Numbered from the stretch's first letter, positions 16,745 to 25,442 are shown. The stretch is DNA of 32,000 bases from Delftia acidovorans NBRC 14950 (GCF_001598795.1 NZ_BCZP01000007.1:280734-312733); one strand, 5' to 3'. A program made the numbers and translations. The notes: generated by a model not told the origin, from the sequence alone.

Positions 16745-17293
16745 ATGAACTCACCTGCCACCCTGCCCCTGGCCGCCCTGGTCCATCCCGACGACGAGCA
16801 TGCAATGGAGCTGCTGCTCGAACGCGTGGCACGCCGCCTGCAAGGCGCGGGCTGGCGCGTGGGCGGCCTGGTGCATCGCCAGGACCGCTATGCCAACGGC
16901 AACAAGCGCATGCAGTTGTTCGACCTGCGCAGTGACCGCCAATTCGAGCTGTCCCAGGACCTGGGCTGCGCCTCGCGCGCCTGCAGTCTCAACCCCCAGG
17001 CCCTGGCCCAGGCCAGCGCCGTGCTTCGCCAGGCGCTGGACGATGGCGTGGATCTGGTGGTAATCAACCGCTTCGGCATCGTCGAGGCCTCGGGCCAGGG
17101 CTTTGCCGCAGAATTCGCGGCCTTTGTCGAGGCCGGCACGCCCGTGCTCACGGCCGTCGCGGCCCGCCATCTTGAAGACTGGCGCAGGTACACCGGCAGC
17201 CTGCATGCCGAGCTGGCAGCCGATGAGGTGCAGATCGAGCAATGGTGCCAGGCACAGCTTGAGCGCCGTGGCTGCGCCAGCCCCATCCCCTGA
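16745..17293 (+). CDS. DUF2478 domain protein (182 aa, no signal peptide)
   Basis: LAALVHPDD...LLERVARRLQGAGWRVGGLVH...MQLFDLRSDRQFELSQDLGCASRACSLNPQAL...GVDLVVINRFGIVEASGQGFAAEFAAFVEAGTPVLTAV matches the DUF2478 pattern (PF10649, from memory). No P-loop is present. Confidence 0.8.
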   Translation: MNSPATLPLAALVHPDDEHAMELLLERVARRLQGAGWRVGGLVHRQDRYANGNKRMQLFDLRSDRQFELSQDLGCASRACSLNPQALAQASAVLRQALDDGVDLVVINRFGIVEASGQGFAAEFAAFVEAGTPVLTAVAARHLEDWRRYTGSLHAELAADEVQIEQWCQAQLERRGCASPIP

Positions 17294-17298
17294 TTTTC

Positions 17299-18360
17299 AT
17301 GACCGATCTTCTGTTCACCCGCCGCCGCTGGCTGGGCCAGGCCATGGCGGCACTGGCCTCATCGGCTCTTGTTCCCGGCCATGCCCAGGCAACCACGATT
17401 GCCGCCCGCATGGGACAGATGCCGGACCCTGCCAGGCTGCGCCGCGTATTCGCGGCGGGACCGCCCGCAGGCGTGCTGGTGGCCACGCTTGCACCGCACA
17501 AGCTGCTGGGCTGGCCCCAGCAGCTGGACGATGTCTCGCGCGCCTATCTGGGGCCCACGTTGCAGGCGCTGCCGCACCTGGGCCGCCTGTCCGGGCGCGG
17601 CAGCACCATGCCGCTGGAATCGCTGCTGAAGCTGCAGCCCGACCTGGTGCTGGACGCCGGCACGGCCGATACCACCTATATCTCGGCCACCGAGCGGCTG
17701 GCGCGCCAGACCGGCCTGCCCTGCGTGCTGATCCAGGGCTCGCTGGCCGACCACGCACGCCAGTTGCGCGAGGTCGGCGCCTTGCTGGGCGAGGCTGCGC
17801 GTGGCGAAACCCTGGCCCGCCATGCCGATGCCGTGGCAGCACTGGCGCAGCGTGCCACCCAGGGCATGGCACCGGCCGAGCGCCCGCGCGTCTATTTCGC
17901 GCGCAGCGCCAATGGGCTGGAAACAGGGCTGGCGGGCTCCATCAATGTGGAAGCCGTCGAGTACGCGGGCGGGCGCAATGTGGCCGCCGATGCAGGGCGC
18001 GGCGGGCTCACGCGCGTGTCCATGGAGCAGATCCTGGCCTGGGACCCGCAGGTCATCGTCACGCAGGAACCCGGCCTTGCCGAGCGCATGCGCCAGGACC
18101 CGCTGTGGCGCGGCGTGGCCGCCGTGCGCTCGGGCCGCGTGCACTGCGCGCCGGTCTGGCCCTTCGGCTGGCTGGATGGTCCGCCCGGCGTCAACCGGCT
18201 GATCGGTGTGCGCTGGCTGCTGGAAAAGCTCCACCCGCAGGCGCCGGCACTGCAGGGACTGCCGCCGTTGGAACGCGAGGTGCGCGACTTCTACCGCCTG
18301 TTCTACGGCGCCGACCTGTCGCCCGCAGCGCTGGGCAGGCTGATGGAGACCGCGCGTTGA
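17299..18360 (+). CDS. Periplasmic binding protein of the siderophore/heme/B12 (FecB/BtuF, cluster A) class with a Tat signal
   Basis: MTDLLFTRRRWLGQAMAALASSALVPGHAQA, then LKLQPDLVLDAG...YISATERLARQTGLPCVLI...ILAWDPQVIV, typical of PF01497-type binding proteins. Confidence 0.85.
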   Translation: MTDLLFTRRRWLGQAMAALASSALVPGHAQATTIAARMGQMPDPARLRRVFAAGPPAGVLVATLAPHKLLGWPQQLDDVSRAYLGPTLQALPHLGRLSGRGSTMPLESLLKLQPDLVLDAGTADTTYISATERLARQTGLPCVLIQGSLADHARQLREVGALLGEAARGETLARHADAVAALAQRATQGMAPAERPRVYFARSANGLETGLAGSINVEAVEYAGGRNVAADAGRGGLTRVSMEQILAWDPQVIVTQEPGLAERMRQDPLWRGVAAVRSGRVHCAPVWPFGWLDGPPGVNRLIGVRWLLEKLHPQAPALQGLPPLEREVRDFYRLFYGADLSPAALGRLMETAR

Positions 18361-19373
18361 TGCCTGCCACAGGCCGCCGCCTGGGGTGGGTGCTTGCGCT
18401 GGCCTTGCTGGCCGCCGTGCTGCTGTGGGCGCTGGCGGTGGGTCAGTTCTCCATCGCGCCGCAGCAGCTGTGGCAGTCGCTTCTGGCGCGCGCAATGGGC
18501 ACTGCCTCGCCCTTGTCCGCCAGCGCCGAGACCGTGCTCTGGAACATCCGCCTGCCGCGCATCGCCGCAGGCCTGGCCGTGGGCGCCACGCTGGCGGCGG
18601 CAGGCGCAGCCTACCAGGGCATGTTCCGCAACCCGCTGGTCTCGCCCGACATCCTGGGCGTCTCGGCCGGTGCCGGCCTGGGCGCGCTGCTGGGCATCTT
18701 CCTGGGCTGGTCCATGGCGGCCGTTCAGGCGCTGGCCTTTGGCGGCGGGCTGGCCGCCGTGGCCGTGGTGGTGGCCATCAGCGCCAGCGTGCGCCGGCAT
18801 GACCCGGTGCTGGTTCTGGTGCTGGCCGGCATTGCGCTGGGCGCGCTGCTGGGCGCGGGCATCGCACTGGTCAAGACGCTGGCCGACCCCAATACGCAGT
18901 TGCCATCCATCACCTTCTGGCTCATGGGCGGCCTGAGCGCCGTGACCCTGCCCGAGCTGGCTGCCGCGGCACCCGTGATGCTGTGCGCCCTGCTGCCCCT
19001 GCTGCTGTTACGCTGGCGCATCAACCTGCTGGGCCTGCCTGACGAGGAGGCGCTGGCCCTGGGCGTGCCCGTGGCACGCCTGCGCCTGCTGCTGGTGGCC
19101 TGTGCCACGCTGGGCACGGCGGCGGCCGTGTCGCTGGCCGGCATCGTCGGCTGGGTGGGGCTGGTGGTGCCGCATGTGGCGCGCCTGCTGGTCGGCCCCA
19201 ATTTCGTGCGCCTGCTGCCGGCCTCGGCCCTGCTGGGCGCGGGCTTCGTGGTTGCGGCCGACACCCTGGCGCGCAGCGCGACGCGCATCGAGCTGCCGCT
19301 GGGCATTCTCACGGCCCTGGTCGGCGCGCCCTTCTTTCTCTACCTGCTGTCGCGCACGGGCCGCAATGACTGA
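18360..19373 (+). CDS. FecCD-family ABC transporter permease (337 aa)
   Basis: ATG 18360 overlaps the previous stop (TGATG). NIRLPRIAAGLAVGATLAAAGAAYQGMFRNPLVSPDILGVSAGAGLGA and GIVGWVGLVVPHVARLLVGPNF are FecCD/BtuC signatures. The 5' 1.2 kb of track ORF 17103..19373 is out-of-frame overlap with the upstream genes. Confidence 0.9.
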   Translation: MPATGRRLGWVLALALLAAVLLWALAVGQFSIAPQQLWQSLLARAMGTASPLSASAETVLWNIRLPRIAAGLAVGATLAAAGAAYQGMFRNPLVSPDILGVSAGAGLGALLGIFLGWSMAAVQALAFGGGLAAVAVVVAISASVRRHDPVLVLVLAGIALGALLGAGIALVKTLADPNTQLPSITFWLMGGLSAVTLPELAAAAPVMLCALLPLLLLRWRINLLGLPDEEALALGVPVARLRLLLVACATLGTAAAVSLAGIVGWVGLVVPHVARLLVGPNFVRLLPASALLGAGFVVAADTLARSATRIELPLGILTALVGAPFFLYLLSRTGRND

Positions 19374-20160
19374 AATGCCGACGGCGCCCGTGCTGCAGAC
19401 GCTGGCCCTGGCCACGGGCCATGGGCGCCGGCGCGTCAGCCAGGGGCTGGACCTGGCCATCACCGCAGGCGAGGTGCTGTGCCTGCTGGGCCCCAACGGC
19501 TGCGGCAAGACCACGCTGTTCCGCACCGTGCTGGGCCTGCTGGCGCCGCTGGCCGGAGAGGTGCGCGTGCAGGGCCAGCCCGTGCACAGCTGGCCGCGTG
19601 CCGAGTTTGCGCGGCGCGTGGGCTATGTGCCCCAGGCGCAGGCCGGCGTCTTCGGCTTCGAAGCGCTGGACATGGTGCTCATGGGCCGTGCCGCGCGCCT
19701 GCCTGCGCTGGCCCGGCCTTCAAGTGCCGACCGTGCCCTGGCGCGGGGCTGCCTGGAGCAGTTGGGCATCGCCCATCTGGCGCTGCGCCCCTATACCGAG
19801 CTGAGCGGCGGCGAGCGCCAGCTGGTGCTGATCGCACGCGCCCTGGCCCAGGAGCCCGCGCTGCTGGTCATGGACGAGCCCACGGCCAGCCTGGACTTCG
19901 GCAACCAGATCCGCGTGCTGGACCAGATTGCCGCGCTGCGTGCACGCGGCATGGCCGTGCTGCTGTCCACCCACCAGCCCGAGCATGCGCTGCAGGTGGC
20001 CGACCGCATCGCCCTGCTGGGCCGCGGCGGCCTGCAGGCCTGCGGTGCGGCGGCGCAGGTGGCGACACCGGCCGCGCTGGCTGCGCTCTATGGGGTGAGC
20101 GAGGCGGCGGTGGCGGCGCGGCTGCCGGCAGACCTGGACAGGCGCAGCGTTGGCATCTAG
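19366..20160 (+). CDS. ABC transporter ATP-binding protein (FepC/FecE/BtuD-like, 264 aa)
   Basis: ATG 19366 overlaps the permease stop by 8 nt. Walker A GPNGCGKTT, signature LSGGERQLVLIARAL and Walker B LLVMDEPTASLD are present. Confidence 0.9.
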   Translation: MTEMPTAPVLQTLALATGHGRRRVSQGLDLAITAGEVLCLLGPNGCGKTTLFRTVLGLLAPLAGEVRVQGQPVHSWPRAEFARRVGYVPQAQAGVFGFEALDMVLMGRAARLPALARPSSADRALARGCLEQLGIAHLALRPYTELSGGERQLVLIARALAQEPALLVMDEPTASLDFGNQIRVLDQIAALRARGMAVLLSTHQPEHALQVADRIALLGRGGLQACGAAAQVATPAALAALYGVSEAAVAARLPADLDRRSVGI

Positions 20161-21200
20161 TGCTTGGGAACGGGCAGCCTCCAGCCAGGCGGGGGCTGCA
20201 GCGGGCGACCTGCGTCCTTGAGCATGCGCTCCAGCAGTTGCTGTTCGCTGTGGATGGAGGGATCGGACAACAGCCGGACAAACGGATCGCCACCCGCCTG
20301 CATGCTCAGTGGGTTGGACTCGTGCATCAGCCAGTCCAGCTGGCGCCGCCGGGACTGCGCTGCAGCGCGCTCGGCCGGGGTTCTGGCAAGCCAGCGCCGT
20401 ATCGCCAGCCCAAAGGCCTCATCCAGCACGGTGGATGCGCGTTCCGTCATCAGGTGCGCCACATGCAGGCAGTCGGCATCTCGCGCCGGGGCATCGCCCC
20501 GCTTTTCGGGCTTGCAGGCATCGATCAAGGTCCGGTAGCCGGGCAGTTCAAAGGCCGCCCAGATGCCCATGGCCGTGATGGCAGCGCCTTCCTCGGGGCG
20601 GTAGGGCTGCCCACCTCCAAACGCCTGCAACTCCTCGGCCGTGGGCGGGTGTTTCAGCAGCGCCGACTGCATCCAGCGCACGCCCTCATACATGTGCAGG
20701 TCCGCATAGCGGCTGTCGCGCGCGGCAGTCAGCAACTCCTGCGGCCCCAGCGCCTGCCACATCAGCGCAGTGAGATTGCTGGGTTCCAGCGCCAGCCAGC
20801 GGCGCGCAGCCTGCAACCGCAACTCGCCTTCACGTTCAGGCGCCCTGGCAGCCAGCAGTTGGTAGGCCAGCACGTCCTGCCCGGCCCGCTCCAAGGCGGC
20901 CTGGCGCCATTGCGGGGCTCGGCTGTCGGCATCCTCTTGTAGGAAGGGTGGGACCGACAGATTGATCAGGATGGCCGCAAAGGCCAGATCGCGCCCGCTG
21001 CCGGAACCGGCCAACTGCGCCGCCACGCGATGCAGATACGCATCCCAGGCCGATTCCTGTGCGGATTCGTCGGGTTCAGGCGTGTCAGCTGTGTGCGCTG
21101 CTGACAACGGGGACGGCGGCTGTGCCGGCTTCTGGACCTGCGCCTGAGCAGCAGTTGCCAACGCCAAGGCCAGCCCGATGGTGGCACAACGGTTTCGCAT
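20157..21200 (-). CDS. Hypothetical secreted protein (347 aa), helix-rich, no family recognised
   Basis: ATG 21200 with GGAGG 9 nt upstream. Signal peptide MRNRCATIGLALALATAAQAQ. GC3-rich codon usage. Its stop overlaps the stop of the convergent ATPase gene in the palindrome CTAG (20157-20160). Confidence 0.6.
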   Translation of the reverse strand: MRNRCATIGLALALATAAQAQVQKPAQPPSPLSAAHTADTPEPDESAQESAWDAYLHRVAAQLAGSGSGRDLAFAAILINLSVPPFLQEDADSRAPQWRQAALERAGQDVLAYQLLAARAPEREGELRLQAARRWLALEPSNLTALMWQALGPQELLTAARDSRYADLHMYEGVRWMQSALLKHPPTAEELQAFGGGQPYRPEEGAAITAMGIWAAFELPGYRTLIDACKPEKRGDAPARDADCLHVAHLMTERASTVLDEAFGLAIRRWLARTPAERAAAQSRRRQLDWLMHESNPLSMQAGGDPFVRLLSDPSIHSEQQLLERMLKDAGRPLQPPPGWRLPVPKH

Positions 21201-21230
21201 TCTGAAATCCTCCCTCTGGCCGGAAAGCAT

Positions 21231-21462
21231 ATCGGCCGCTCATGCGTTTGACATGCCCGGCCCCACAAAGCCTGCTGCCATTCACTTATATCCATATCCA
21301 CATACTTGCAGGACAAAACAATCGTTTGCTTCTATAAGGCCATTGCTTACATTTCCGTCCATGCAGGGTTCTGTGCGTTTCCCGCAAGTGCCTCGGTGCC
21401 ACGCAATGAACCCCTGCACCGCCGCCACTGGCGGCAGTCGAAGACCCCACATCCGAAGCGCC
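21231..21462. promoter_or_regulatory. AT-rich divergent control region upstream of cysI (candidate CysB sites and promoter)
   Basis: TTATATCCATATCCACATAC lies at about 21286-21305. The direct repeat TTGCTT(CTATAAGG)/TTGCTT(ACATTTCC) is at 21326 and 21343. A possible -35 TTTGCT (21325-30) and -10 TACATT (21348-53) have a 17-nt spacer. Confidence 0.35.
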
Positions 21463-23295
21463 ATGTACCAATACACCGAATTCGACAAACAGTTCATCCG
21501 CCTGCGCGCCGAGCAGTTCCGTGACCAGCTCGAACGCTGGCAGGCCGGCAAGCTCTCGGAGGATGAGTTCAAGCCCCTGCGCCTGCAAAACGGCTGGTAT
21601 GTGCAGCGCTACGCGCCCATGCTGCGCGTGGCCGTGCCCTACGGCGAACTGTCCAGCGCCCAGTTGCGCGTGCTGGCCCGCGTGGCCCGCGAGTACGACC
21701 AGCCCGACGCCGCCCTGCTGGCCGAGGCCCGCGCCACCCAGGACCGGCTGGGCGACATCCCGCTGCACGACGGCCGCCGCATCGGCTCCGACCTGAAGTT
21801 CGGCTACGGCCACTTCACCACGCGCACCAACGTCCAATACAACTGGATTCCGCTGTCCAAGGCCGCCGACGTGATGGACCTGCTGGCCAGCGTGAACCTG
21901 CACGGCATCCAGACCAGCGGCAACTGCATCCGCAACATCAACAGCGACGCGCTGGCGGGCATTGCCATCGACGAGATCGCCGACCCCCGCCCCTTCACCG
22001 AAATCCTGCGCCAGTGGAGCACGCTGCACCCCGAGTTCAGCTTCCTGCCGCGCAAGTTCAAGGTCTCCATCAGCGGCGCCGAGGAAGACCGCGCCGCGCT
22101 GGGCTGGTACGACGTGGGCCTGCAGTTGCTCAAGAACGAGGCTGGCGAGCTGGGCTTCAAGGTGCGCGTGGGCGGCGGCATGGGCCGCACGCCCACCATC
22201 AGCCCGGTGCTGCGCGAGTTCCTGCCCTGGAACCAGCTGATGAACTACCTGGAAGCCGTGATCCGCGTCTACAACCGCTACGGCCGCCGCGACAACGCCT
22301 GGAAGGCGCGCATCAAGATCCTCGTGAAGTCCGAGGGCCAGAACTTCATCGACCAGGTCGATGAGGAATTCCGCCAGATCGTCGAGGTCGAGGGTGGCCC
22401 CCACACCATCACGCAAGCCGAGTACGACCGCGTGGCCGCCAATTTCCGCGAGCCCGAGCTGGACCTGTCGCCCGCCAATGCCGAGGCCGAGACCCTGGCC
22501 CTGCTGCGCACGGCCGCCGAGGAAGACAAGGACTTCGGCCGCTGGCTGATCAGCAACGTGCGCCCGCACCGCCACCCGCAACTGCGCGCCGTGCTGCTGT
22601 CGTTCAAGCGCCTGGGCTACGCGCCCGGCGACGCCACGGCCGACCAGATGGATGCCGCCGCCGCGCTGGCCGACCAGTTCTCGGCCGGCGAGATGCGCGT
22701 CACCCACGAGCAGAACCTGCTGCTGCCCTGGGTGCGCCGCGACCAGTTGCCCCAGCTGTACAAGGCGGCAAAGGCCCTGGGCCTGGCCAAGCCCAACATC
22801 GGCCTGCTGACCGACATGATCGCCTGCCCCGGCGGCGACTTCTGCTCGCTGGCCAATGCGCGCTCCCTGCCCATTGCCGAGGCCATCACCGAGCGCTACC
22901 AGGACCTGGACGAGCTGTGGGACCTGGGCGAGATCGACCTGCACATCAGCGGCTGCATCAACAGCTGCGGCCACCACCACAGCGGCCACATCGGCATCCT
23001 CGGCGTGGACAAGGACGGCAAGGAGTGGTACCAGATCACGCTGGGCGGCGCCGACGGCTCCCACCTGTCCGGCCCGGCCACGCCCGGCAAGATCATCGGC
23101 CCCTCGTTCAGCGCCGCCGAAGTGCCCGGCGTGATCGAAGCCCTGCTGACCACCTACCGCGAGCAGCGCCAAAGCGAAGGCGGCCGTTTCGAGACCTTCA
23201 TCGCCACCGTGCGCCGCGTGGGCATCGACCCGTTCAAGGCCGCCGGCAATGCCGCCCGCCACCCCGCCAAGCACACCGAGGAAGCGGCCGCCTGA
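21463..23295 (+). CDS. cysI: Assimilatory sulfite reductase hemoprotein (siroheme/4Fe-4S), 610 aa
   Basis: MYQYTEFDKQFIRLRAEQFRDQLERWQAGKLSEDEFKPLRLQNGWY, then the cluster and siroheme Cys motifs CPGGDFCSLA and SGCINSCGHHHSGHIGILG. ATG 21463 is chosen over the upstream in-frame ATGs at 21361 and 21406. Confidence 0.9.
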   Translation: MYQYTEFDKQFIRLRAEQFRDQLERWQAGKLSEDEFKPLRLQNGWYVQRYAPMLRVAVPYGELSSAQLRVLARVAREYDQPDAALLAEARATQDRLGDIPLHDGRRIGSDLKFGYGHFTTRTNVQYNWIPLSKAADVMDLLASVNLHGIQTSGNCIRNINSDALAGIAIDEIADPRPFTEILRQWSTLHPEFSFLPRKFKVSISGAEEDRAALGWYDVGLQLLKNEAGELGFKVRVGGGMGRTPTISPVLREFLPWNQLMNYLEAVIRVYNRYGRRDNAWKARIKILVKSEGQNFIDQVDEEFRQIVEVEGGPHTITQAEYDRVAANFREPELDLSPANAEAETLALLRTAAEEDKDFGRWLISNVRPHRHPQLRAVLLSFKRLGYAPGDATADQMDAAAALADQFSAGEMRVTHEQNLLLPWVRRDQLPQLYKAAKALGLAKPNIGLLTDMIACPGGDFCSLANARSLPIAEAITERYQDLDELWDLGEIDLHISGCINSCGHHHSGHIGILGVDKDGKEWYQITLGGADGSHLSGPATPGKIIGPSFSAAEVPGVIEALLTTYREQRQSEGGRFETFIATVRRVGIDPFKAAGNAARHPAKHTEEAAA

Positions 23296-23324
23296 CCCCA
23301 GGGTGAGAGCCGCAGGAGATCCCC

Positions 23325-23708
23325 ATGAAAATCATCGCCGCCCAAGAGCACCAAAGCCCGGCCGAAGGCCAGCAGACCATCATTGCCCCGGCCAATGACG
23401 CCGATCCCTTCACGCTGGATCTGACCGGCGTGCAGCGCATCGACCTGCACTTTCCCAAGTTCACCGACGGCCGCGCCTTCAGCCAGGCCCGCCTGCTGCG
23501 CAAGCGCCTGGGCTTCCAGGGCGAAATCCGCGCCACCGGCGACGTGCTGATCGACCAGCTGGTGCAGATGCAGCGCTGCGGCTTCGACGTGGCCGTGCTG
23601 CGCGAAGGCGTGGACATCGCCGACGCCCAGCGCCAGCTCGACCGCTTCCACGGCTTCTACCAGGGCGATGCCGTCCATCCCGAGCCCCACTTCGTCAAGG
23701 CTGCCTGA
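23325..23708 (+). CDS. DUF934 protein (sulfite-reduction associated), 127 aa
   Basis: FPKFTDGRAFSQARLLRKRLGFQGEIRATGDVLIDQLVQMQRCGFD is the DUF934 hallmark. AGGAG lies upstream. It occupies the conserved position after cysI. Confidence 0.85.
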   Translation: MKIIAAQEHQSPAEGQQTIIAPANDADPFTLDLTGVQRIDLHFPKFTDGRAFSQARLLRKRLGFQGEIRATGDVLIDQLVQMQRCGFDVAVLREGVDIADAQRQLDRFHGFYQGDAVHPEPHFVKAA

Positions 23709-23709
23709 C

Positions 23710-24468
23710 ATGGGTGCGCAAAGCTTTCTGTCGCGACAGGCATCGGCCAAGGCCACCGAGGTCAACGGCCGTGCCAGCAGCGGCTTTGCCGACAAGCTGG
23801 CCGCCACCGAGGCCTTGCTGCGCGAGGCAGCGGCGCTGGGCGCCGAGGCCGTGACACAGGCCTCCAGCCTGGGCGCCGAGGATGTGGTGATCACCGACAT
23901 CATCCACCGCCTGGGCCTGGACATCCCCGTCTTCGTGCTGGACACCGGCGCCCTGCATACCGAGACCCTGGCCCTGCTGGAGCGCACCCAGGCGCTGCCC
24001 GGCCTGAGCGTCAAGGTCTACCGGCCGCAACTGGAATCGGTGATCCACTTCATCCGCGACAACGGCCAGGACGCCATGTACCGCAGCATCGAGCTGCGCA
24101 AGGCCTGCTGCGGCGTGCGCAAGATGGAGCCGCTGGCGCGCGCGCTGGCCGGCAAGAGCGCCTGGATCACGGGCCTGCGCCGCGAGCAGTCCAATGCCCG
24201 CGCCGACGTGCCCGCCGTGGACCGCAGCGAGGTCGAGACCAAGGGCCTGACCAAGTTCAACCCGCTGACCGAATGGACCCAGGGCGATGTCTGGCACTAC
24301 ATCGCCAGCCATGGCGTGGACTACAACCCGCTGCACGACCAGTTCTATCCCAGCATCGGCTGCGCACCCTGCACGCGCGCCGTCAGCCTTGGCGAGGACT
24401 TCCGCGCCGGCCGCTGGTGGTGGGAGGATGAAGCGGCCAAGGAATGCGGCCTGCACGCCAAGAAGTGA
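23710..24468 (+). CDS. cysH: Assimilatory adenylyl-sulfate (APS) / PAPS reductase, Fe-S type
   Basis: ATG 23710. It carries the KACCGVRKMEPL and SIGCAPCTR cysteine pairs (Fe-S cluster signature of bacterial APS reductases) and the C-terminal catalytic ECGLH. Confidence 0.9.
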   Translation: MGAQSFLSRQASAKATEVNGRASSGFADKLAATEALLREAAALGAEAVTQASSLGAEDVVITDIIHRLGLDIPVFVLDTGALHTETLALLERTQALPGLSVKVYRPQLESVIHFIRDNGQDAMYRSIELRKACCGVRKMEPLARALAGKSAWITGLRREQSNARADVPAVDRSEVETKGLTKFNPLTEWTQGDVWHYIASHGVDYNPLHDQFYPSIGCAPCTRAVSLGEDFRAGRWWWEDEAAKECGLHAKK

Positions 24469-24509
24469 AGCCTGCAGGGTTTGACACCGATTTGATTGGA
24501 AACCAAGAA

Positions 24510-25442
24510 ATGAATGCCCGTGTGGACACCTCCGTGCTGAGCCATCTCAGCAACCGCCACCTCGACGCCCTCGAAGAGGAAACCATCTTCGTGCTGCGCG
24601 AAGTGGCCGCCGCCTTCGAGCGCCCCACCCTGCTGTTTTCGGGCGGCAAGGACTCGCTGGTCATGCTGCGCTGCGCCGAAAAAGCCTTCGGCAAGGGCCG
24701 CATCCCCTACCCGCTGCTGATGATCGACACCGGCCACAACTTCCCGGAAGTGACCGATTTCCGCGACCTGCGTGCCAAGGAGCTCGGCGCCGAACTCATC
24801 GTGCGCAGCGTCGAGGACTCCATGGCACGCGGCACCGTGCGCCTGGCCCATCCGGGCGAAAGCCGCAACGTCCACCAGTCGGTAACGCTGCTGGAGGCCA
24901 TCGATGAATTCCGCTTCGACGCCCTGATCGGCGGCGCCCGCCGCGACGAGGAAAAGGCCCGCGCCAAGGAACGCATCTTCAGCCACCGCGACAGCTTCGG
25001 CCAATGGCAGCCCAAGGCCCAGCGCCCCGAGCTGTGGACGCTGTTCAACACGCGTCTGGCCCCCGGCGAGCACTTCCGCGTGTTCCCCATCAGCAACTGG
25101 ACTGAACTCGATGTCTGGCAATACATCGAGCGCGAGCAGATCGCCCTGCCCAGCATCTACTACACGCACAAGCGCGAAGTGGTGGAGCGCCGCGGCCTGC
25201 TGGTGCCCGTGACCGAACTCACACCCCCGCGCGACGGCGAGGAAGTCGTGGTGCGCGACGTGCGCTTTCGTACCGTGGGCGACATCACCTGCACCTGCCC
25301 CGTGGAAAGCGAAGCCGCCACGGCAGCCGACATCGTGCTCGAAACCCTGGCCGCCGAAGTCAGCGAACGCGGCGCCACGCGCATGGACGACAAGACCAGC
25401 GACGCCTCCATGGAAAAGCGCAAGAAGGACGGATATTTCTGA
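24510..25442 (+). CDS. cysD: Sulfate adenylyltransferase subunit 2
   Basis: LDALEEETIFVLREVAAAFERPTLLFSGGKDSLVMLRCAEKAF...GGARRDEEKARAKERIFSHRD...FRVFPISNWTELDVWQYI is the canonical CysD sequence. Confidence 0.95.
   Translation: MNARVDTSVLSHLSNRHLDALEEETIFVLREVAAAFERPTLLFSGGKDSLVMLRCAEKAFGKGRIPYPLLMIDTGHNFPEVTDFRDLRAKELGAELIVRSVEDSMARGTVRLAHPGESRNVHQSVTLLEAIDEFRFDALIGGARRDEEKARAKERIFSHRDSFGQWQPKAQRPELWTLFNTRLAPGEHFRVFPISNWTELDVWQYIEREQIALPSIYYTHKREVVERRGLLVPVTELTPPRDGEEVVVRDVRFRTVGDITCTCPVESEAATAADIVLETLAAEVSERGATRMDDKTSDASMEKRKKDGYF

Noticed and set aside
17103-18359. 5' 1.26 kb of the 756-aa track ORF 17103..19373
   Set aside because: Only the part from ATG 18360 has FecCD permease character. 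The upstream part overlaps DUF2478 and the binding-protein gene in another frame and is Arg/Pro/Ala junk.
21361-21462. Upstream in-frame ATGs (21361, 21406) as the cysI start, or a leader peptide
   Set aside because: The extension (MQGSVRFPQVPRCHAMNPCTAATGGSRRPHIRSA) is not CysI-like. Related CysI proteins begin at the MYQY...FRDQ motif, so ATG 21463 is preferred.
21286-23274. 662-aa minus-strand ORF antisense to cysI
   Set aside because: cysI on the plus strand carries diagnostic siroheme/Fe-S motifs. The antisense product is low-complexity (A/G/V/Q/L runs) with no motif.
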